The translations under genes were made by a program, and so were the position numbers. From IMG/VR virus record IMGVR_UViG_3300016484_000328, positions 1-41,554 of that record: a stretch of DNA of 41,554 nt. One strand, given 5' to 3'. Origin of the DNA: a virus (taxonomy: Duplodnaviria > Caudoviricetes). The notes beneath the pieces were generated by a model, which worked only from the letters and a program-made list of their open reading frames with translations, did not search any database and was not told where the DNA came from. Shown piece after piece: positions 35,959 to 41,554 of the stretch. Positions within the stretch are counted from its first letter, which is position 1. Every line of letters starts with the position of its first letter.

Positions 35959-36504
35959 TCATCGTGCGCACCTTCCCAAAATCGATTGCCGGATTCCTTC
36001 AATATCGCTTCGGAGCTTTGCGTCATTTGCCATCAATGCAGTAACCTTGCGGATTGCAAAGAGCACTGTAGTATGATCCCGCCCGAAACGGCTTCCGATT
36101 TGTGGCAATGAACGCGGCGTCATCATCTTCGCCAAATACATTGCTACTTGTCTTGGCAAAACAATAGCTCGCGTCCTGCGATTTGATTTGATTTCACTGA
36201 TTGTCACATTATACCAAATCGAGACTTTTTCAATGACGCGTTTGATTGTGACTGGAACCGCTGGCGATTCCGGCCTGTTTTCACCAATTTCCATGGTTGC
36301 TTGAGCGTAGCTATTGATAGCGACATGATCTCTATAGCACATGACATGCTGATCAAAGCCAAAGTCCCAATTGTCCGGTCTCATGATGCGCGCATTTGGT
36401 TTGTAAAGCGCCACACTACCCGGCTTCCATAGCCTTGCTCTTGTGGCAGCAGCAGCGCGAAGCATGGATGATGCGTCTGTGTATTGAATGGCGGTGACGT
36501 ACAT
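35959..36504 (-). CDS. protein with DnaA C-terminal (domain IV) HTH
   Basis: RTRAIVLPRQVAMYLAKMMTPRSLPQIGSRFGRDHTTVLFAIRKV. Confidence 0.85.
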   Translation of the reverse strand: MYVTAIQYTDASSMLRAAAATRARLWKPGSVALYKPNARIMRPDNWDFGFDQHVMCYRDHVAINSYAQATMEIGENRPESPAVPVTIKRVIEKVSIWYNVTISEIKSNRRTRAIVLPRQVAMYLAKMMTPRSLPQIGSRFGRDHTTVLFAIRKVTALMANDAKLRSDIEGIRQSILGRCAR

Positions 36505-36734
36505 TATGACGCCCTCGCAACAATTTTCCCCAGCGCTTCCTTGCAAAGGGCCTGATGCTTATGCCCATCAATCGCCGCATACTTCGCAAAAAACTTCCTA
36601 GCTTCCGCTGTTCTTTCTTTCCCAGCGACCCCACTAAGAGTCAAAAATGCGTCTGCATATCCCAGATGGTCAAAGTCATAATCAACAAATGATGTATCAT
36701 AGAACCTCATGTGTATCGGTTTGTCGCTCATCAC
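36504..36734 (-). CDS. hypothetical protein
   Basis: Coupled on both sides. Confidence 0.55.
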   Translation of the reverse strand: MMSDKPIHMRFYDTSFVDYDFDHLGYADAFLTLSGVAGKERTAEARKFFAKYAAIDGHKHQALCKEALGKIVARAS

Positions 36735-37120
36735 GCTTCCCTCGCCTGTTGCTGTTCATATGCCCGGAGAAATGGGGTTTTGTAATTCGATGGCCTCAAT
36801 TGCGTGATATTTGGCGCTTGCGAGGCCCGCTGGGCGCGTTCGGCCTCTCTGGCAACATACGCCCGCTCTAGCAGGCAATCGTCTTTCCAGCGTTCGCTAT
36901 TGAGCCAAGAGGAGGCAAGCGGGATAAATTCCCGGTCACGCTCTTTCAGATTGCGCAGATACCACTTTGCGCCGTCGATGATGTCATCTGGCAAAGCGCC
37001 TTGCAGCATCAGCTTTAGATAGGTTGGCCTTGCCTTGCCGCGCCCGTCTGTGCCGCGCTGGTGCGGACGCCAGAGTGTCCAGAATGCTTCAAAGCCTTCC
37101 GGCTCTTGCTGCTGTTTCAT
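36731..37120 (-). CDS. C-terminal-domain-only phage replication initiator-like protein
   Basis: FEAFWTLW...GRGKA...FIPLASSWLNSERWKD; no N-terminal HTH. Confidence 0.6.
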   Translation of the reverse strand: MKQQQEPEGFEAFWTLWRPHQRGTDGRGKARPTYLKLMLQGALPDDIIDGAKWYLRNLKERDREFIPLASSWLNSERWKDDCLLERAYVAREAERAQRASQAPNITQLRPSNYKTPFLRAYEQQQAREA

Positions 37121-37329
37121 GATTGCACCGGGGGCTTGGGGAAAGTTTCGAGCGGCATCCAACAGTCAACGCCAAACATTCTTCCGCTTTCCGGCTCTAC
37201 GGCGTCAAACCCTTCAGTGAATATGCTCCTCTGGACTACTGCGACACACGGGCCAGCCACGCGCTTACGCCAAACGATAACCGGGACTCCAAGTGGACAT
37301 GAACCCATAGGCAACCATTTAACGTGCAT
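37117..37329 (-). CDS. DUF551-like protein
   Basis: KWLPMGSCPLG...VDCWMPL. Confidence 0.55.
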   Translation of the reverse strand: MHVKWLPMGSCPLGVPVIVWRKRVAGPCVAVVQRSIFTEGFDAVEPESGRMFGVDCWMPLETFPKPPVQS

Positions 37330-37513
37330 TTGCGCATCCTCCCTGTATTGTCCTGAACCCCAATCGCTCCGCTCTCTCGCGGGTGATGATTCGATGTATG
37401 CGCCATTCGGAAATTTCCTTCCGGTGGCGTTCGGATAGTTTCTGCGCAATCTCATGCGTGTTTTTGCCTTGCTTCCATAAGTGCAAGACTTGGCTTTCGA
37501 GGGGATGGCTCAT
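37319..37513 (-). CDS. small HTH protein
   Basis: LHLWKQGKNTHEIAQKL...ISEWRIHRII. Confidence 0.6.
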   Translation of the reverse strand: MSHPLESQVLHLWKQGKNTHEIAQKLSERHRKEISEWRIHRIITRERAERLGFRTIQGGCANAR

Positions 37514-37821
37514 GCTGCCTTGGCCTCCCTGTCTGTCCCGCTGGCAAGCCCTACAATCCAATCAATGGCGTCAACGCTGGAATGAAGCATGATGATCTTG
37601 CTGCCCTTCCATGAGGCGTTAAAGTCGGTTTGATTGGTGTTCAGTTTCTTGCCAGCGCGCATTGCCCTTGGTTTATATCCGATCCCATAAGGCGGGTTAG
37701 TCACCACAGCATCAACCTTGCCAATCTGCGGCATCACCTCAAGGCAATCGCCTTGGATCATCACACAGTCGCCGATGAACTCGATGCGCTTGGCTGCGGT
37801 TATGCTGGAAATATCAATCAT
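37510..37821 (-). pseudogene. truncated N6/N4 DNA methyltransferase (catalytic motif only)
   Basis: GDCLEVMPQIGKVDAVVTNPPYG present; ORF ends at ~103 aa with no FxGxG SAM-binding motif. Confidence 0.65.
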
Positions 37822-38192
37822 GCAGCCGCCTCCCTTTCCATCCATTCAAGGTCAATTCGTATTTGACCATTGGGCATGATTGGCGGGGCCTTGGACGCGC
37901 TTATCGTCCATTTGCTGTCATCTATGCCGACAACATCGGAAACTCCGTCCAGAAGCGCCTTTGAGGCCGCAATCATGTTGTCCAAATCCCTGCGGCGATT
38001 GTCAGGCGGGAAGAACGTCACCTTGACGTGAAGAGCATCGGCATTGATCTGGCCTATGCCGTCCGCCTTCAGTTGCCATGCGGCTTGAGTTCGTGCGCTC
38101 TTCTTTGCCCGTGCAAGTATCACCCAATGCTGCCGTGCGTTCGGAGACAGCTTTGGGCTTGGGAATGGCAGAAACACAACGGCGGTAGCCAT
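37818..38192 (-). CDS. rusA: RusA-like Holliday junction resolvase
   Basis: FFPPDNRRRDLDNMIA...DGVSDVVGIDDS. Confidence 0.8.
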   Translation of the reverse strand: MATAVVFLPFPSPKLSPNARQHWVILARAKKSARTQAAWQLKADGIGQINADALHVKVTFFPPDNRRRDLDNMIAASKALLDGVSDVVGIDDSKWTISASKAPPIMPNGQIRIDLEWMEREAAA

Positions 38193-38389
38193 CACATCAC
38201 CGCCTTGAGGTGCGAAAGCTGCCAAAACCCTATCCCGTATTTTTGCTCAATCCGGGCCAAAGCGCCCTCAGTATCGCCAGCGGATCGCATTTCTCGCTGG
38301 ACCATTCGGCGCACGTAATTACTCGCTACAGCGGCGCTCATTTCTTTTTCTGTTCCCTGCATTTCATTATCAAAGTTCGATAAGGCCAT
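38192..38389 (-). CDS. cII-position regulator-like protein, possibly truncated
   Basis: RRMVQREMRSAGDTEGALARIEQKYGIGFWQL HTH-like segment; position downstream of cro. Confidence 0.45.
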   Translation of the reverse strand: MALSNFDNEMQGTEKEMSAAVASNYVRRMVQREMRSAGDTEGALARIEQKYGIGFWQLSHLKAVM

Positions 38390-38510
38390 TCCGATTCTCC
38401 TGTGCAATCCTGTGTTTGCGAGACGACAGGAGACAGGAAATGGGAATGGTTCGGATTGGCACTGTTGCGGCGAAAATCATCGCTGCGGCCAATGACAATC
38501 GAAAGGATGC

Positions 38511-38778
38511 GGGAGCGCCGCCCATGGGAGGAGGGACAAGCGGCGCTCCCTGTCAACCGGGCGGGAAAGGAGCAAACCACCCGGCGATCAGAAAGGTTTC
38601 GGCATGAGGTTTCACTGCCCGTAGTGACACGCAACCTCATGCCTATGGGCAGGCGAGAACGTGCGGCCAAAAGATCGAACGACGCGCCGGAGGATGGCAT
38701 ACGGTCGTTCCCTGCCCTGTGTTGGAAAGCGGCAGCATTCGCGCTGCCGTGAGTTGGCAAGCCATGGGAGGCGCTTGC
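38511..38778 (-). ncRNA. hairpin array with anti-SD loops (cuckoo-like sRNA candidate)
   Basis: Five to six stems; four loops read CCCTCCTCCC, CTCCTT, TCCTCC and CCTCCC on the minus strand. Confidence 0.5.
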
Positions 38779-38786
38779 GGGGTATG

Positions 38787-38996
38787 TCATGATTGCAACA
38801 AACCTTCTATTGGAACCCGCGTTTTGCAACCATCGTAAAAATCAGAAAAAGCGACTGGTGGGGATTCAACACCAATAGATTCAGCCCATTTTTTGGCTTG
38901 CAAACTATCGGGATACGTAAAGGCGCGATTGCATGATGCATTAGAACACTTTTCGCCAAATGCTGCGCAAAATGTCATATCACGATAGCAAAACAT
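38787..38996 (-). CDS. Cys-rich hypothetical protein
   Basis: MFCYRDMTFC...CSNASCNR. Confidence 0.6.
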   Translation of the reverse strand: MFCYRDMTFCAAFGEKCSNASCNRAFTYPDSLQAKKWAESIGVESPPVAFSDFYDGCKTRVPIEGLLQS

Positions 38997-39139
38997 CACA
39001 CACCTACCGGCCAATTGTCGTTGGCGTCATTGTCTTCATCGCGGCAATCAAGTGCTGCCTTTGCATCGAAATATCTTGCGGCAAGAAAGACATTGCCAAT
39101 CAGGGAAAGGATAAGAATGGATGCCCAAAGCGAAGTCAT
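38996..39139 (-). CDS. small membrane-anchored protein (47 aa)
   Basis: Read manually: MTSLWASILILSLIGNVFLAARYF... Confidence 0.5.
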   Translation of the reverse strand: MTSLWASILILSLIGNVFLAARYFDAKAALDCRDEDNDANDNWPVGV

Positions 39140-39429
39140 GCTGCACCTGCCATCACTTCACTTGGAACCAAACGATATGCAAAGACGCCCTGCCCTAGAC
39201 ATTTGCGCTCGACAGTGCTGCCGCCGAATTTTGGTTTGCGGAAATCACGAATGCGGGCAGATGCCGCAGCCCAATTGTGGCCGGTCCTTGCTTCAATCTC
39301 CGAGGCCGTATGCCATTGGCCGTCAGACATGAGAGACCACACATCAAGCGCTTGGCCGTCCAGACGGATACGGTCACGCTCTGGAATGAAGGTTGTTCCG
39401 TCACGGTCTCCAAGAATTGTTGCGGTCAT
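39136..39429 (-). CDS. winged-HTH protein
   Basis: LMSDGQWHTASEIEARTGHNWAAASARIRDFRK...YRL. Confidence 0.65.
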   Translation of the reverse strand: MTATILGDRDGTTFIPERDRIRLDGQALDVWSLMSDGQWHTASEIEARTGHNWAAASARIRDFRKPKFGGSTVERKCLGQGVFAYRLVPSEVMAGAA

Positions 39430-39578
39430 CTTTTCACCTTGACGGAAACGTTGCGCTTTATATCCCAACCTTCTGAAAGCGGGCCGCAATGGTCGCATTC
39501 CTTGCGCTGCACACTGTCGATCTGGACAACTTTCGTTGCCCCGCCGCACTTTGGGCATTGAGTCAAAATAGCGGTCAT
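39426..39578 (-). CDS. small Zn-ribbon protein (50 aa)
   Basis: Read manually: CPKCGG...CDHCG; ATGA-coupled on both sides. Confidence 0.55.
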   Translation of the reverse strand: MTAILTQCPKCGGATKVVQIDSVQRKECDHCGPLSEGWDIKRNVSVKVKR

Positions 39579-39796
39579 GATTGCACCGGCTTTGCGCTGG
39601 ATGGGGATTCGACAATCTCAAAAATGTCAGGCCGTAGCTGTTCCGCTGGAATGCCTGTGACGGCCTCAACCCTGCGGACGTGTTCCGCCGGGACCGACTT
39701 CCACATCGAGATCGTGGACGGGCGCTTGCCAAGCTCATTGGCAATGCGGGTTGCCATGCCCCGGTTTGCCTTGAGAAATGATTTGAACTGTTCCAT
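39575..39796 (-). CDS. cro: Cro-like repressor (YdaS type)
   Basis: IANELGKRPSTISMWKSVPAEH...TGIPAEQLRPDIF; divergent from cI. Confidence 0.85.
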   Translation of the reverse strand: MEQFKSFLKANRGMATRIANELGKRPSTISMWKSVPAEHVRRVEAVTGIPAEQLRPDIFEIVESPSSAKPVQS

Positions 39797-39802
39797 GCGG
39801 CC

Positions 39803-39849
39803 AATATCAGTCAAAACGAAATTTCAGTCAAGCGCAATTTTTCAGTCAG
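39803..39849 (-). promoter_or_regulatory. pR promoter and OR operators
   Basis: TTGACT-N17-GATATT; TCAGTCA repeats at 39807, 39824, 39842. Confidence 0.75.
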
Positions 39850-39891
39850 AGGCTATGGAGTGAAAAAAAGACTCGCCGGATTATTGTGACC

Positions 39892-40215
39892 ATGGGAACA
39901 CGGTCCAAAACCAATGGCGCGCCGCGTCATTTCATCAAGCAATGGCGAAAACACCGGGGCTTGAGCCAAGAGCAGCTTGCAAGCCGATTAGGCGTTGCCA
40001 CGTCCACAATTTCGCAATTGGAGACAGGCAAGCAGGGCTACAGCCAAGCCACGCTTGAAGCCTTGGCCGACGCCCTCACATGTTCGCCGGCTGATTTGAT
40101 TATGCGCGACCCGACATCGAAGGGGCCTATCTGGTCAATTTGGGAACAGCTTAAGCCGGAGCAACAGAAAACAGCCATTGAAATGCTGGAATTTCTTAGG
40201 AGGAACGCTGCATGA
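39892..40215 (+). CDS. cI: CI-like XRE repressor without peptidase domain
   Basis: IKQWRKHRGLSQEQLASRLGVATSTISQLETGK; only ~107 aa. Confidence 0.85.
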   Translation: MGTRSKTNGAPRHFIKQWRKHRGLSQEQLASRLGVATSTISQLETGKQGYSQATLEALADALTCSPADLIMRDPTSKGPIWSIWEQLKPEQQKTAIEMLEFLRRNAA

Positions 40216-40568
40216 TAGCCCTACCATCCTTGCCAGCGCGGGCTTATCCAACGCTGATAGCAATACTCATTTTGGCTACAGGGTGCATGACTTTGGCAGG
40301 CTGCCAATCAACCGGCCCTGCAACCCCGGAACAAATCCAAGCCATGGCTAACACCTGCCAGCAATACGGCTTCAAGACCGGGACCGCAGAGTTTGCCAAC
40401 TGTGTTGCCGCCCTTGATGCAAGGCGGTTTCAGGAGGCCCAATTGGCGGCGGATCGTCGGCTTGCTGCCAGTAACGCGTTGATGGCAGCAGGAGCCGCGC
40501 AGCAGTCGAGCCGCCTCAATTGCCAAACAATCCGCGTCGGGCAAACGCTGCAAACAAACTGCTTTTGA
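40212..40568 (+). CDS. lipoprotein co-transcribed with cI (candidate superinfection exclusion)
   Basis: Lipobox LAG-C; CQQYGFKTGTAEFANC motif; ATGA-coupled to cI. Confidence 0.65.
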   Translation: MIALPSLPARAYPTLIAILILATGCMTLAGCQSTGPATPEQIQAMANTCQQYGFKTGTAEFANCVAALDARRFQEAQLAADRRLAASNALMAAGAAQQSSRLNCQTIRVGQTLQTNCF

Positions 40569-40625
40569 GGCCCTGTAGATATAACCTTCCTATTCAGAGC
40601 CTCTATACCTCTTAAGAAAGAAACC

Positions 40626-40699
40626 CTTTCCGTATTTCAGCTTTCCGTATTTCGTATGCCAACCATGTCATAGGTGGTTATGACAGCCATGTCATAGGT
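40626..40699. repeat. iteron-like repeats (candidate origin)
   Basis: CTTTCCGTATTTC x2 (40626, 40641); CCATGTCATAGGT x2 (40663, 40687); inverted TGTCATA/TATGACA. Confidence 0.55.
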
Positions 40700-40985
40700 C
40701 AAGGCTGTAAACGCTAACCCTTCCCGCTTGGCGGCGCACTTTCACATACATTTCATCTTCAAGTTCCTTGAGCGCCCGTGCGACTTGCCGGGGCGAAACC
40801 TCAAGGTCTTTTGCCATGGTTTTCATGGCCGGATATGTGAACGGCCTCTTGGCGCTCATGCGCAGCGCGACATAGCAGCCTGTCAGCTTGCCGTTGCGGC
40901 TCACAAACCCGTCAGACAATAGCTGGCGCATCCATGCATCGCGCCGCCTCAACCAGCGGCCAGTGTCGATTTCCGGTTTTTCCAT
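40692..40985 (-). CDS. winged-HTH (HTH_36-like, replication-initiator N-terminus type)
   Basis: YPAMKTMAKDLEVSPRQVARALKELEDEMYVKVRR...YSL. Confidence 0.75.
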   Translation of the reverse strand: MEKPEIDTGRWLRRRDAWMRQLLSDGFVSRNGKLTGCYVALRMSAKRPFTYPAMKTMAKDLEVSPRQVARALKELEDEMYVKVRRQAGRVSVYSLDL

Positions 40986-41030
40986 GCCCTCTTATGGCAC
41001 ATCACATTTTTTCATTCAAACCGAATTTTT

Positions 41031-41062
41031 CGCTTGACTGACATTTTGTTTTGACTGATATT
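41031..41062 (+). promoter_or_regulatory. pL promoter and OL operators
   Basis: 30/32 identical to the pR sequence (39803-39834, minus strand); TTGACT-N17-GATATT. Confidence 0.75.
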
Positions 41063-41117
41063 CCAATCATCACCAGCAAATCACCGGATAGGCCGGGATT
41101 GGGGATGGAGAACGGAA

Positions 41118-41486
41118 ATGGATATTGAGAAACTCAAAACAGCAATTGAAGTGGCAAAGCTGCTTGAATGCGATGCCAAGCCATCGGCCCCCGCTGGTGG
41201 ACGGGCAATTATCGTTCGGTCGCGTGATGCTGGCGTGATTTTCGGGAAGTATGCCGGGAATGATCGTGACACGGTTCATGTCACTGATGCCGTTCAGATG
41301 TGGCGCTGGAAAGCCGCAAAAGGCGGGACACTTCTCGACTGTGCCGAATATGGCGTTGATGCCACCGGCTGCAAATTTTCGTTCAGCAAGGGAAAGGTCA
41401 CGGTCTTCAATGCTTGCGCAATGATCGACTGCACGGATGAGGCCGCAAAGTCGATTTCTGCGGTGAAAGGCGGCGAGTGGAAATGA
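41118..41486 (+). CDS. DUF6948-like protein
   Basis: IIVRSRDAGVIFG...DAVQMWRW...TLLDCAEYGV...MIDCTDEAAKSI; followed by Gly-X repeat gene. Confidence 0.65.
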   Translation: MDIEKLKTAIEVAKLLECDAKPSAPAGGRAIIVRSRDAGVIFGKYAGNDRDTVHVTDAVQMWRWKAAKGGTLLDCAEYGVDATGCKFSFSKGKVTVFNACAMIDCTDEAAKSISAVKGGEWK

Positions 41487-41554
41487 CCAAATTCATTGCT
41501 TTCAACGATTATGATCCAGCCAAGGATAGAGGCGGCTACGGCGACGGCTCCGGC
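41483..41554 (+). CDS. 5' part of Gly-X repeat protein (continues at 1..51)
   Basis: MTKFIAFNDYDPAKDRGGYGDGSG, open at window end. Confidence 0.7.
   Translation, partial: MTKFIAFNDYDPAKDRGGYGDGSG

Noticed and set aside
38338-38829. 163-aa ORF and overlapping ORFs between cro-proximal genes and the cII-like gene
   Set aside because: Low-information composition; region better explained by the hairpin array, though a short translated product from 38790 is not excluded
1-41554. CRISPR array, diversity-generating retroelement or retron
   Set aside because: No regularly spaced repeat-spacer array, no reverse transcriptase motif and no TR/VR pair noticed
41546-41554. GGCTCCGGC at both window ends as a physical terminal repeat
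   Set aside because: Only 9 bp and part of a low-complexity codon repeat; more likely an assembly break

Overview
This window looks like a complete or near-complete ~41.5 kb temperate podovirus-type phage genome, opened inside a Gly-X repeat gene whose reading frame continues from the end of the window into the start. An alphaproteobacterial, probably Hyphomicrobiales, host is inferred from gene style. The layout is lambdoid. An immunity region (cro, cI, lipoprotein, near-identical pR/pL promoters; ~39.6-41.1 kb) drives a + strand early operon (DUF6948-like gene, Rad52/Sak-like recombinase, SSB, HNH, putative Xis, tyrosine integrase, attP resembling a tRNA 3' end). It also drives a - strand operon (cII-like, RusA, truncated methylase, replication-related genes, DnaA-C-like gene). 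A - strand late operon follows: TerS, TerL, portal, scaffold, capsid, tail tube proteins, GNAT, three ejection proteins, two receptor-binding proteins and the lysis cassette. The most notable observations are: (1) two separately inserted acr-aca-like operons that share an identical 16-bp leader; (2) a promoter-driven tRNA-like RNA with an expanded anticodon arm, plus a second ~100-nt structured RNA in the lysis cassette with the same GTGACGG/CGTCAC closing helix; (3) an apparently split replication initiator; (4) an Acb2/Tad1-like sponge gene; (5) a cuckoo-like anti-Shine-Dalgarno hairpin array. All family assignments come from motifs recognised by eye; no database searches or folding programs were run.
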